Source of the DNA: an uncultured Chloroflexia bacterium
Lineage (GTDB): Bacteria > Chloroflexota > Anaerolineae > Anaerolineales > UBA4823
Direction: 5' to 3'
Length of the DNA stretch: 64,000 bases
Assembly: GCA_963709875.1 (NCBI GenBank)
Contig: CAVPYB010000001.1
Coordinates: 209,806-273,805 of the forward strand
Made by a program: the position numbers and the translations under genes. Under the pieces are notes generated by a model. That model had not been told where the DNA came from. It saw only the letters and a program-made list of their open reading frames with translations, and searched no databases. Of this stretch, positions 1 through 10,803 are shown one piece after another; positions within the stretch are counted from its first letter, which is position 1; every line of letters starts with the position of its first letter.

Positions 1-2089
1 CGCCCGGGCGGAAGTCTTCCTTTCCGCCTGGAAAGCCGACGATTATCCCGCCATGTACGATCTGCTCTCGGCCGAGAGCCGGGCGGCGCTCAGCCTGGAA
101 GACCTCACCAACCATATGCGCGGCGTGGCGATCGAGGCGGCGCTCGAATCCATCGACTACGAGATCACCTCGGTCGAGGAGAATGAAGCTCAGGCCGCTG
201 CCAGCTACCGGGTGACCTTCCACAGCAACCTGGTGCCCGATTTCTCGGACGAAACCGGCATGACCCTGCTGCTGGAGAACGGCGATTGGCGTGTCAAATG
301 GGAAGACACGCTGGTTATGTCCCCGCTGAGCGGGGAGAACTACCTGAGCATGAACCGGGTCGATTACACCCCGGAACGCGGCGTAATCTACGACAAGGAT
401 GGGAACGTGATGGCGGGCAATTCGGATGTCTATGCCGTAGGTCTGGACATGTTCGCCTTCGATCCGGAGTTCTCGGAGTCGGTCATCAACACTCTGGCGC
501 GGCTGAGCGGCGAGCCGGCGAAGAACGTGGAGGAGCGCATCGAGGCTGCGCTGGCAAACGCCATCCAGTACCTGTCGTTTGGCGAGTATCCTGCCAGCCG
601 GGGGGCGGCGTTCGAGGGCGCATTGAACGGCCTGTCCGGCGCAACCTGGAATGTGTATAACTCGCGCTTCTACTCCGGCTCGCCCTATTTCGGCGCCGCG
701 CCGCATATCCTCGGCTATGTGGGACAAATGGCCCCCGAGCAGGTGGATGAATTCCGCCGCCTGGGCTTCCGCAAAGACGAGCTGATCGGGCAGAGGGGCC
801 TGGAGGAGTGGGCCGAAGAGGCGTTGCTGGGGGCGCGCGGTGGTGCGCTGTACGTGCGGGACGGCAACCACCAGGTGACGCAAACTCTAGCCGAGAACCC
901 AGCGGTGCCCTCCCAGAACATCACCACCACCCTGGACATGGATTTTCAGATCGGCGTGCAGAACGCCCTCAGCGGGTTGCCGGGCGCCGCGGTGGTGCTG
1001 GAGCGGGATACCGGTCGTGTGCTGGCGATGGTCTCCTCGCCGACCTTCAATCCGAACGGCTTCAACCCGGCCAGCATCAACGCTTTCACCGAGCTTTCCG
1101 ATCTGAACAACCCGCTCGATCCGCTCTACAACCGTGCCACCCAGGGGCAGTACCCGCTGGGGTCGGTGTTCAAGATCATCAGCATGGCAGCGGCGCTCGA
1201 AAGCGGCGTCTTCACCCCGGAATCGACCTATGACTGCGGCTATTTCTTCACCGATATCCCCGGCATCCGCAAGCAGGACTGGACTTACGAACACTTCCTG
1301 GAAGATGGAGAGACGCAGCCCAGCGGCCTGCTGAGCCTGCCGCAGGGGCTGATCCGCTCGTGCAACCCGTGGTTCTACCATATTGGCCAGGTGCTGTACG
1401 AGACGAACAGACCCAACGACATCTCCAATATGGCGCGCGCCTTCGGTCTGGGCAGCCCGACCGGCATCCAGGGAGTTGACGAGCTGCCCGGCAACGTGCC
1501 CGATCCGGTCTCTATCGAAGATGCCATCGACCTGGCGACCGGGCAATCACAGCTCCAGGTCACCCCACTGCAGGTGGCTAACTTTGTGGCCGCGGTGGGC
1601 AACGGCGGCACGCTGTACACACCGCAGGTGATCGAGCGCATTGCCCCGACCAACGGTGAGCCATCCTTCACATTCGAACAGCAGGTGCTCGGCACGCTGC
1701 CGCTCACGCCCGAGAACCTGCAGACCATCCAGGATGCCATGTTGGGTGTGACCACCAGCCGCGACCCACGCGGCACGGCGGAGGATGTGTTCCGCGGCCT
1801 GAGCATCCCGGTGCACGGGAAAACCGGCACCGCCCAGACGGGTGTCGAGCCGCACGCCTGGTTCGCCGCTTATACGGACGAAGGCAATGCCAGCCTGCCG
1901 GATATTGCCGTGGCTGTGATCGTGGAGAACGCCGGTGAGGGCTCGGAGTGGGCTGCGCCGATCACCCGGCGCATCATCGAGCTGTACTACCAGGGCCGCC
2001 CCGGCAAGCTGTACCCGTGGGAGGAGAGCTACGGGGTGTGGGCCACCCCCGAGCCGCCGCCCGAGGAAGGTGAGATCCCGGAGCCGTAG
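1..2089 (+). CDS. Penicillin-binding protein 2-type D,D-transpeptidase with NTF2/MecA_N-like N-terminal region; 5' end lies left of the window
   Basis: ORF 53..2089, but the frame stays open back to nt 2 (ARAEVFLSAWKADDYPA-MYDLL), so the M at 53 is internal. Transpeptidase motifs SVFK (SxxK), SCN (SxN) and KTGTA (KTG). Confidence 0.85.
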   Translation, partial: ARAEVFLSAWKADDYPAMYDLLSAESRAALSLEDLTNHMRGVAIEAALESIDYEITSVEENEAQAAASYRVTFHSNLVPDFSDETGMTLLLENGDWRVKWEDTLVMSPLSGENYLSMNRVDYTPERGVIYDKDGNVMAGNSDVYAVGLDMFAFDPEFSESVINTLARLSGEPAKNVEERIEAALANAIQYLSFGEYPASRGAAFEGALNGLSGATWNVYNSRFYSGSPYFGAAPHILGYVGQMAPEQVDEFRRLGFRKDELIGQRGLEEWAEEALLGARGGALYVRDGNHQVTQTLAENPAVPSQNITTTLDMDFQIGVQNALSGLPGAAVVLERDTGRVLAMVSSPTFNPNGFNPASINAFTELSDLNNPLDPLYNRATQGQYPLGSVFKIISMAAALESGVFTPESTYDCGYFFTDIPGIRKQDWTYEHFLEDGETQPSGLLSLPQGLIRSCNPWFYHIGQVLYETNRPNDISNMARAFGLGSPTGIQGVDELPGNVPDPVSIEDAIDLATGQSQLQVTPLQVANFVAAVGNGGTLYTPQVIERIAPTNGEPSFTFEQQVLGTLPLTPENLQTIQDAMLGVTTSRDPRGTAEDVFRGLSIPVHGKTGTAQTGVEPHAWFAAYTDEGNASLPDIAVAVIVENAGEGSEWAAPITRRIIELYYQGRPGKLYPWEESYGVWATPEPPPEEGEIPEP

Positions 2090-2095
2090 TAGTCT

Positions 2096-5000
2096 TCAAT
2101 TTATCTCGGGTTCGCAAAGCGGCTCGACGCGGTAGAGCTCACGCTGCTCGCAGGTCAACTCAGGGATGTAGCGATTGTTCTCTGTCCAGGTGAGCAATTC
2201 GTCTAACGTCGAGTCAATGCGCCACAACTCCACCGTGCCGTCGTGATATCCGACAACAGCGTGACGCCCATCCGGGGTGAAGTGCGGGCTACTTATAAAA
2301 CCACCCTTATAGCGCCGGATTTCCTCGCCTGTCTCTACTTGCCACAGTGAAGTGTTACCGTCTAAGCTGCCACCCAACAGCAATGTATCATCAGGAGAGA
2401 ACTGTATACGCCCGATTCCACCTGCGTGGTTAGCGAAACGACGCAGAATATTCCCTGTCTGTATGTCCCAGAGTATTACTAGAAAATCTGAGCCCCCAGA
2501 TGCAAGCCGCTGACCGTCGTTGCTGAATACAATGTCCATTGCCACCCTGTTATGTCCGACCAGCCGCTGGATTTCTTCGCCGCTTTCCACATCCCACCCG
2601 ATGATAACTCCGCGTGAATGTAAGTCGAAAACCTGACTGGTATGCGAGGTATATATCTGCTCACCATCGGGACTAAATTGGATATCCGTATAGGATTCAA
2701 TAGACCACGGACTGTCCACCCAGTAATCGACGAAGCGTCGAATTTCATCACCCGTCTCTACATCCCAGAGAATCGCCATGGCGCCTTCGACCTGCAGATA
2801 CCGCCGAGCGACCGTCAGGGCTGAACGCTACTGACGTCTACAGCGTAAGGCTGTCCCTCGAAGCGCCGAATTTCCTCCCCCGTCTCCAAATTCCACAGGA
2901 TAACGTGTCCAGATTCAATCTTCTCAGCCGTTGGATAGCCCGCTCCAACCAGCGCCTTTCGCCCATCCGGAGAGAGTGTCACCGCAGTAATCGGTTGATC
3001 ATCTACGAATACGAAACTGCGAATTTCTTCGCCTTTTTCCACATCCCAAAGGGTGACGGAACTATCTGTGGAACCGATCAGCATGGTCTTACCATCAGGG
3101 CTGAGAGCGACCCCCTGACTCGCACCCGGTCCGGTGAACCGGCGAATAAATTGCCCGCTGTTCAGGTCCCACACACGGACGGTCTCGTCAACGCCTGTCG
3201 TGACCACGCGTGACCCATCCGAAGTAATCGCTAGGCTGAGTATGCCGCGGCTGTGTCCGGTATTGGAACGCAAGACCGCACCCGTTTGCGGATCGATGGT
3301 GCGCAGAACACTGAAATCACCTATTAGAACGGTGCCATCTTGCGGATGGAAAGCGGCAGTGAGGACACCTCCATAGGTGTAATTATGCAGCAGCTCACCC
3401 GTCGCAAAGTCCCAAACTGACAGACCGGCTTCGAGTAGCGCGCCAATCACCTTTGTACCATCCGGGCTGAGGGCGATGTAGCGCAGCGCGGCTGAGCTTT
3501 CCCCGGGAAATTCCTCAAATTCTCGGATGACCTGCCCTGTCTGGGCAGCTATCAAGGTTAAGACGCCTTCTCTGCTGGCGATCAGGAGAGCTGATCCATC
3601 GGCGGTGTAGACGATATCTTCAATGTTGGAGCCGCGTTCGAATTGGCGCAGGACCTGTCCTGAAGCGAAGTCCCATATTACCAGGTGGCTGTGCTCTTGC
3701 GCTCCGATGGTCGCAAATTGATCACCCGCAGGGCTGAAGGCAATTTTCTGACGGTTGACGTTGGACTCGATTTTTCGAAGGAGCTGCCCTGTATCTGTAA
3801 ACCAGAGCATGATCAGGTCGTCGGCGGTGGCAGCTGCAATTCGTCCATCCGGACTGAAGGCGACATTTTGCACCCAGGGTGGGTCTGCCTTGGTAGGCAC
3901 TTTCTGCTCCCACATGATCTTACCAGTCGCTAACTCCCAGAGAATGACAAACCCGTCATCTGTTCCGCCCAACAGAAATTTGTCGTCGGGGCTGATGGCT
4001 GTCCAGGTTACCATATCAGTGTTGCCTGTCAGCAAGCGAACGGTACCCGGTGCATAGGCAGCCTCGCTCAACTGCGCTTGTGCTAGAGCAGAGTCCGGGT
4101 TGAGCGCCACAGCCTGCCAGGCGAGTGCGAGCGCGGTGTCGATGTCGTTGTTGGCGAGGGCTGCTTGTGACCCCGCTACCAGAGCAACATTCTGGGCATC
4201 GGCTGCGCTAGAGAGCGCAGCCTGGCGCTGGTTGATGGCAACAAATGTAAGCCCCACGCTCACCAGCGCTGCCAGCAGAAAGACGACCACCAGCGCCTGC
4301 AGTACCTGCCCGGCGCGCTTTTCCAGTTTCGCCTCCCGCACCTGGCGCGCAGAACTCGGCAGCCTGCCGCTCGTCGCGCAGTGCGGCGCTGGCTTGAAGG
4401 TAGTCACGTTCGTCTTGTGTCAGTGCTAATTGAGTGGACTTACTCCAGGTTTCGAACTGTTCCAGCCGTGTCCCGCGCAGGGCGAAGCTGGGATCCTGCT
4501 CCGCCTGGCGCCATTCCTCGGCTGCCCGCGCTAACTGCCTCCGTAGGCGCAGGTCGTCTCGGCTCTCGTCCAACCATGCTCGCAGACGCTGCCATTCGCG
4601 CAGCAGGGCTTCGTGGGCGATCTCGACCGTTGGGCGGCGGCTGTGGGGATCATGGTCGAGCGTCAGCAGGCGGTAGGCGGCATATTCATCTATAAGCTCA
4701 TCCATCAGCTCACCATCCTGGACTACTGCGGTGAGCTCGGAGCGAGCCACCCGCTGCCTGGTGGCGGGGGAAGCGGTGGCGTCATCATCCAACGCTACCA
4801 GGCGCAAGAACATCTGCCGGATCGCCTGCTGCCCTTCGCTCTCCTGCTCGTGGTACAGTTCCTCGGCGCGGCGAGCCAATGCACCGGCAGTACCCCCGAT
4901 GGACTCGTATGCCACATGGGTCAGGGTGCCGTCATCGCGGTCTTCGAACAATTCTGTCAGTGCGTACTGCAGCAGGGGCAGGGCTCCGGGTTGGTAGAGC

Positions 5001-6850
5001 ACATCATCGATGATGGTAGCAGCCAGCCCTGGCTCGTATGCCACCCCTGCTTGCTCTGCAGGTTGTAAGATCGCCCTTTCCAATTCTTCTGCGGTGAGGG
5101 GCAGCACGGTTTCGATGTGATTGCGGATCAATTCACCAAATTTGGGGTAGTGCAGCGGCCGGTCGTAGAAATCTGCCCGCAGGGTGATGACGATGCGCAC
5201 CCTGCTGCGAATGTCGGTCGCTGCGGAAGTGAGGATATCCAGGAAGTGCGCCCGGGAGGCCTCGTCCGCTACCAGCGTGAACAGTTCCTCGAACTGGTCG
5301 ATCACCAACAGCAGCTGGCTGTTATCCCGGGGCAGGATCAGGTCCGCAGCACGCAGCAGCCCGTTGCGGTCCCTATCCAGCTGCTGGCGGATGTTGCCAG
5401 CCTGGTCCGCGGCCACACGCAGCAGCGCCACCTCCAATTCGTCCAGCGGTCGCGCGCCGGGTGTCATTTCCACGATAAACCAGCGCTCCGATCCCTCGAT
5501 GGCACCACCCCAGAGCGCCGGGATCAACCCTGCGCTCACCAGGCTGGATTTACCGCTGCCGCTGGGTCCAACGATAGCCAGGAATCGCCCCACATTGCGA
5601 CCATATTCTTGAGAAGTCTCGAGTGATCCGTTTGCAGCCAGCCTGCCCAGCAGCTTATTCAGGAAGGCTTCGCGGCCGAAGAAGTCGCGGCTGTCGGCTG
5701 TTTCGAAGGCTCTTAACCCTTTATAGGGATTGACCGGTTGCAGCGCCGGGACGCTTATTCCCCTGATGTTTGCATCGTCAATTCCTTCCGAGGCGATATC
5801 CTCCATCAGAAGTTTCAATTCTCTTGCTCGCACGACAGCCTGCTTGCGGCTGCGCACCCCCAGCTTGCTGTAGATCTGGCGGATATGCCACTTCACCGTG
5901 GAAAGCTCTATGTACGAATCCTGTGCGATTTGCCGGTTAGTGTTGCCTTCGACGATCAGACGCAGGATTTCCTGTTCCCGCAGGGTCAATGTTTCCAGTA
6001 TGTCGGCAGCTCGGCCTGCTTCGCTCAACTTAGCAGCCTCCCGGAATGCAGCTGCCATCGCTAATACGTCCGCATAGCGATGCTTTGGATTATTGGCGGT
6101 GGCATGCTGGAGGACATCGTTTATACCATCTCGAACGTGTGGATCGAGTGTTTCGATCAGGGGAATCGGGTCATCGATGTGCTTGTATAAACGCTCGATC
6201 GCGTTCAATCCGGGAAAGGGCTGTGCGCCGGTCAGGGTTTCATACAGGGTGAGGCCCAGAGCGTAGATATCCGTTTGGGGTGTGACCGGCTCACCGCGCG
6301 CCTGCTCCGGAGAGGGTGCGCCGATCAGCTGCTCAGTTGGACGTGAGGCGTTATCCCGTTGGCCTGAACCTATAGCGATCCCAAAATCGGCCAGATAGGC
6401 GTTCCCTTCCTCGTCCAGCAGGATATTGGATGTTTTCAGGTCGCGGTGGATGATGCCATTGGCGTGAGCGGTAGCAAGCGCAGACGCAACCTGGTCAAGC
6501 AGCAGTGCAGCAGCCTCCACTCCAAAAGGCTTCTCTATGAGCGCATCACGCACGCTGCCGCCGCGCAGCCAGCGCATGACCAGGTATGCGCCATCGGGAC
6601 CGCGCCAGTAGTCGTACAGCGGCACGATGTGTAAATGCTCCAGTCGAGCTATTAGTTGTGCTTCTGCTTCAAAGCGGCGGATGAAGTCAGGCTGGTTGGC
6701 GTAACCGGGCAGGATGACCTTGACTGCTACTTCACGCCCCATGGTCGATTGGTACGCACGATAAACCGCGCCGAATCCCCCTGTGCCTATTCGCTCAATT
6801 AATTCATATCCTTTTATCGTTTGTCCAGCGAAGTATCCCATAACAGTCAT
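2096..6850 (-). pseudogene. Giant Ser/Thr kinase - LuxR HTH - STAND P-loop NTPase - TM helix - WD40 propeller protein. As assembled it is split into ORFs 4208..6850, 2815..4407 and 2096..2779.
   Basis: Kinase motifs GTGGFGAVY..VAVK, HRDLKTSN, DFG. GerE/LuxR HTH LTLREQEILRLIVEGNTNRQIA. P-loop GPSGSGKSS and Walker B LLVIDQFEE. TM segment QVLQALVVVFLLAALVSVGLTFVAI. Many WD40 units. The protein sense continues across frames near 4350 (..RDERQAAE | SARQVREAKLEKR..) and twice near 2780-2830 (..VSSV | SPDGRSAVSAG | EGAMAILWDVETG..). Confidence 0.8.
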
Positions 6851-7187
6851 ACCAGGAGAGGTCCAGGGCAGGGAGTGGGGGAAACACTCCGTCCGCTCCC
6901 AGCCAAATCGACTAAATTACATACAGTATATCTGAATTCTTGCCGTTAATAACAAAATCCCTCCCTTTCCCCTCCCCCCTGCTCCACTGAGCCTCTCCTT
7001 TTCCCCGTCTTCCGCAGCGGTGTTATCGATGCTAAGCTGAGACCACGATCGAAGCCACCAGTCCACATTCACGGCGAGACATTCGTAAACGGCTAGACAT
7101 CCGTCAACCTTAAAGCCCCACAAGTGGATAATGGCCTCTCAGATCGGGGATAAACCATATCAACCCATTCAGTGATAGGAGGACAAA

Positions 7188-7658
7188 ATGTTCAAGAACA
7201 GGTTTATCGGTGTAATGGCGGTGCTGGCAGTTGTGGTCCTGCTCGCGGTTGCGTATTCCTTTGTTGGGGTCCTGGCTTCCAACCCGGAAAGCGCGGCTCG
7301 TTCAGACGCGCTTTCCGGCGCCAACCAAGCTGGCATTTATGCCTACAACCAGAGCGAGTGGGCCGACTACCGTGGTGTACCCTCCCGGGTGATCGCGGAA
7401 GGGATGGCGATCTACCAGCAGAGCGAGCGCAGCCCCGCCTCTATTGAGTTAGCAGCCTCCAATGAGGGTGGGATGGCCATCTATCACCAGAGCGAACGCA
7501 GCTCAGCATTAATCAAGTCGACGGTCTCCAATGATGCGGGCATGGCAGTCTACCATCAGAGCGAGCGGCACGGCGCTGCAGCCCTCCCGGCACGGCTGTA
7601 CAATGGCGAACCGTTCAACGCCTACCAGCAGAGCGAATGGCTGGGAGCAGAACGGTAG
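7188..7658 (+). CDS. Hypothetical membrane-anchored/secreted repeat protein (Y-x-QSE-[RW] repeats)
   Basis: AGGAGG lies 5 nt upstream of the ATG. N-terminal hydrophobic segment FIGVMAVLAVVVLLAVAYSFVGVLA. Five copies of Y-x-QSE-[RW] (YNQSEW, YQQSER, YHQSER x2, YQQSEW), three of them inside a ~23-aa tandem unit. I recognise no family. Confidence 0.5.
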   Translation: MFKNRFIGVMAVLAVVVLLAVAYSFVGVLASNPESAARSDALSGANQAGIYAYNQSEWADYRGVPSRVIAEGMAIYQQSERSPASIELAASNEGGMAIYHQSERSSALIKSTVSNDAGMAVYHQSERHGAAALPARLYNGEPFNAYQQSEWLGAER

Positions 7659-7747
7659 ATAATGAAGGTCACTCTATAAGGGCTGGAAATGATGGGGATA
7701 TTTCCAGCCCAAATCTTGTTTCGCAGTGCTGGGTGAGGAGGAATTTA

Positions 7748-9088
7748 CTACTGCTCTTCCTTTTTCTCCTCCCCGGATCCAATCCCCAGCGGCACCCACT
7801 TCTTGGCGTCTTTCAGGCGATGCTGGATGCCGTGCCGGTCGTGCACCTCGTCGAAGCCCTCCGGTTTGATGAACAACTCCTCGCCGTCCAGCAGACCATG
7901 CACGCCGCTCTGCCCTGGCTCGGGGCGCTTCTCGCCCAGGTATTTGGCTGCCATGCTGGGCAGGTAGTCGACCGGCTCCTCGTAGGTGGTGATGTAGCCC
8001 TCGTAGTTGCGAAGCACGACCTTGTGGTCCGACACACTGAGCAGATAGTTTGGCGACACCGGGATCTTGCCGCCGCCGCCGGGCGCGTCGATGATGTACT
8101 GGTGCACGGCGTAGCCGGAGGTGTGGCCGCGCAGGCCTTCCATGATCTCGATGCCCTTGGCGACCGGCGTGCGGAAGTGCCCGGCGCCCTCCACCAGGTC
8201 GCACTGGTATAGGTAGTACGGGCGCACGCGGATGCGCACCAGCTCCTGCACCAGTTGGCGCTGGATGTGCACATTGTCGTTCACGCCTGCCAGCAGCACC
8301 GCCTGGTTGCCCAGCGGGACTCCGGCGCGCGTCAGCCGGTCGCAGGCCTGTGCCAGCTCCAGGCTGATCTCGTTGGGATGGTTGACGTGGATGTTGAGCC
8401 ACAGCGGGTGGTACTTCTGCAGCATGTCGGTCAGTTCGTCGGTGACGCGCATGGGCAGGAAGACCGGCACGCGCGAGCCGATGCGCACGATCTCGATATG
8501 CGGGATCTCGCGCAGACGGCGCAGGATCTCGTCCAGGATCTTGGGCGCCAGCACCAGCGGGTCGCCGCCGGAGAGCAGCACGTCCCGCACCTGGGGCGTG
8601 CGCTTGAGGTACTCGATCTGCAGCTCGAACTCGGCGCGCGAGAAGGTCGCCGAGGGGTCGCCCACGATGCGCGAGCGCGTGCAGTAGCGGCAGTAGGAGG
8701 CGCACTGCGTGGTGACCAGCATCAGCACCCGGTCCGGGTAGCGGTGCACCAGCCCTGGGACGGGCGAGTGGCGGTCCTCCGCCAGCGAGTCCTCCATCAT
8801 GGCGGTGAAGGGCACCATCTCGGCATCGGTGGGCACGACCTGCTTGCGGATCGGGTCGTCCGGGTCGTCCGGGTCGATCAGAGAGATGAAATAGGGGGTG
8901 ATATCCACCCGGAACAGGTCCGACGCCGATAGCGCTGCCCGCTCGCTCTCCGTCAGCGGGAGCACCTTCTCGAACTCTTCGACCGAGTTGATGCGGTTGC
9001 AGAGCTGCCAGCGCCAGCTGTTCCATTTCTCGTCCGGGACCTCAGCATAGACTGGTGCACGTTTGGATGTGAAGGGTCTGAATGTCAT
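7748..9088 (-). CDS. kamA: Lysine 2,3-aminomutase (KamA-family radical SAM enzyme)
   Basis: CASYCRYCTRS (CxxxCxxC radical-SAM cluster) and overall KamA-like sequence (VLLSGGDPL, GNQAVLLAGVND). Start chosen at the ATG at 9088, preceded by AGGAG. The ORF track extends to 9142. Confidence 0.85.
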   Translation of the reverse strand: MTFRPFTSKRAPVYAEVPDEKWNSWRWQLCNRINSVEEFEKVLPLTESERAALSASDLFRVDITPYFISLIDPDDPDDPIRKQVVPTDAEMVPFTAMMEDSLAEDRHSPVPGLVHRYPDRVLMLVTTQCASYCRYCTRSRIVGDPSATFSRAEFELQIEYLKRTPQVRDVLLSGGDPLVLAPKILDEILRRLREIPHIEIVRIGSRVPVFLPMRVTDELTDMLQKYHPLWLNIHVNHPNEISLELAQACDRLTRAGVPLGNQAVLLAGVNDNVHIQRQLVQELVRIRVRPYYLYQCDLVEGAGHFRTPVAKGIEIMEGLRGHTSGYAVHQYIIDAPGGGGKIPVSPNYLLSVSDHKVVLRNYEGYITTYEEPVDYLPSMAAKYLGEKRPEPGQSGVHGLLDGEELFIKPEGFDEVHDRHGIQHRLKDAKKWVPLGIGSGEEKKEEQ

Positions 9089-9242
9089 GGGGATCTCCTG
9101 GGTAACGATAATGTAGGGATTAGGGGATAAGGGATCAGGCAATCAGGGTTTGTGATCTGAGAATAGTGAGTAGAGAGCAGTGATCTGTCTACACGCGGTA
9201 GGCGTCGACCCGCAGGGTCGCTGCCGTCCGCGGTCAGGAATC

Positions 9243-10286
9243 TCACGGGCTGAGCATCACCTCGATGCTGGAGAGATGGATCACATCGCTGAGCGAATTG
9301 GCGCCCTCCGTCACGATGACCAGCACCTTGGTTGGGTCAACGATATTATACGGCACCTCTACGACAAACTCACCATATTTTCCCGGTGCGGGCGCATCCA
9401 CACCTGCCAGGCGCATGCCGACCTCGCGGCCTTCGGCAGTGATCAGACGCACCAGGAGCAGGTTCTCGCCCCCGGGGCGCGCCAGCCCGCTGACGATCAG
9501 GCTGCCGCCCTGGATCAGCGTGCGCCTGGTGGGCTCGCGGATGATGATCGGCGCTAGCACGTCCATCGGCGGGACGATATCCGCCTCGCCCACCGTGAGC
9601 AGGATCAGCGGCACCGAGTTCATCGCTACCGTGCGCCCGAACTCGTCGTCCACGCTGATCTTCAGCCAGGCGGCTTCGGCGGTGGCGGCGATCTCGAAGT
9701 CCAGGTCCAGCGACATCACAGCCCAGGCGCCCACTGGTACGAAGTCCATCACTTTGATATTGCGCACCAGCACGCGCTCGTCCTCGCCGATCAGCTCGAC
9801 GCGCACTTTCCCGCCCGCCCCGGGTTTCAGGTAGGCGTAGATGTGCAGCGGCGAGGTGACCTTGGAGAATGCGCCCAGGTTGCGGATCTCGATGCCGGCG
9901 TTGAGGATCTCCGGCGTTGGCGTGGAGGTCGGCGGCGGGGGCAGTGTGTAAGGCGTGGCGGAGGGTCCCGCAGGGGTGCGGGTGGGCGTCAGCGACGGCT
10001 GCGGGGTGAGGCTGGCGGTAGCCTGCGGGGTAGCCGTGCTCCGCTCAACGAAAGGGTCTTCTGCATCGGTACTGGCAGGGGCTGCGCCTGGCTCCCCGTT
10101 AGCCTGCACGGTCAGTGCAATCGCTGTTTGCAGATATTGGGTGGGGATGGCAGTTGGCAGAGCGGGTCCGACCAGCACGCTGCAGCCGCTCAGCACGAGC
10201 ACAGCAGCCAGCCAAAGCGTCAGCATGGGCCTGAGACCTGCCTTGAAGTGCGAAGGCTTGCTGGAGGGTATTCGTTTGGCGGGCAT
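9243..10286 (-). CDS. Putative lipoprotein with a Pro/Thr-rich linker and C-terminal Ig-like (Gmad2-type) domains
   Basis: Signal peptide plus lipobox LVLSGC, then a P/T/A-rich linker and beta-rich C-terminal repeats. Start taken at the internal M (10286) to avoid overlap with the receiver gene. Function unknown. Confidence 0.5.
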   Translation of the reverse strand: MPAKRIPSSKPSHFKAGLRPMLTLWLAAVLVLSGCSVLVGPALPTAIPTQYLQTAIALTVQANGEPGAAPASTDAEDPFVERSTATPQATASLTPQPSLTPTRTPAGPSATPYTLPPPPTSTPTPEILNAGIEIRNLGAFSKVTSPLHIYAYLKPGAGGKVRVELIGEDERVLVRNIKVMDFVPVGAWAVMSLDLDFEIAATAEAAWLKISVDDEFGRTVAMNSVPLILLTVGEADIVPPMDVLAPIIIREPTRRTLIQGGSLIVSGLARPGGENLLLVRLITAEGREVGMRLAGVDAPAPGKYGEFVVEVPYNIVDPTKVLVIVTEGANSLSDVIHLSSIEVMLSP

Positions 10287-10314
10287 GCGACCAGGGTCCC
10301 TCACACCGCCGCGC

Positions 10315-10680
10315 TCAGGCGGAGGTGTACTTTTGGATCGCATCCAGCAGGGTTTGCAGGCGGACCGGCTTGTTCAGGTAAGCCTGGGCGCCGGCCTGGC
10401 GGGCAAGCTCGCCGGCATCCAGCTCCGGGCTGGCAGACAGCACCAGCAGCGGCGTTTCGGATAGAGACGGAACCTGGCGCAGCTTCTCGATCAGCGCCAG
10501 ACCGCCGATATCCGGCAGGTTCATATCCAGGAAGATGATATCCGGGCTGTCCTTCCCGGCGCAGCTCAGCGCCTCCTGCCCGCTGGATGCCCAGATCGAC
10601 TGGTGACCGAACACTTCGACCGCTTTGCCTAGCGTCTCCAGGGTCATAGGATCGTCATCGATGAATAAAATTCGTGCCAT
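10315..10680 (-). CDS. Single-domain response-regulator receiver (CheY-like)
   Basis: MARILFIDDDP..., phospho-acceptor context IIFLDMNLPD and the conserved receiver layout. No output domain. Confidence 0.85.
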   Translation of the reverse strand: MARILFIDDDPMTLETLGKAVEVFGHQSIWASSGQEALSCAGKDSPDIIFLDMNLPDIGGLALIEKLRQVPSLSETPLLVLSASPELDAGELARQAGAQAYLNKPVRLQTLLDAIQKYTSA

Positions 10681-10803
10681 ACGCTTTCAATGCCTTCGAG
10701 TGGGATATCCAGGCTGGATTCTACCATGCCGGTTGGAAAACAGACCTGTCTCCCTTGAAAGGGGAGACAGGCTGCCGGCTTATCAGACGATGGCCGGACT
10801 GGG

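Noticed and set aside
7674-9026. 450-aa ORF (and other long ORFs, e.g. 7637..8212 and 8255..8932) overlapping kamA
   Set aside because: These are alternative-frame or antisense readings of a GC-rich gene. They are Arg/Pro/Gly/Ala-rich low-complexity translations without motifs. kamA in the other frame has a full radical-SAM signature.
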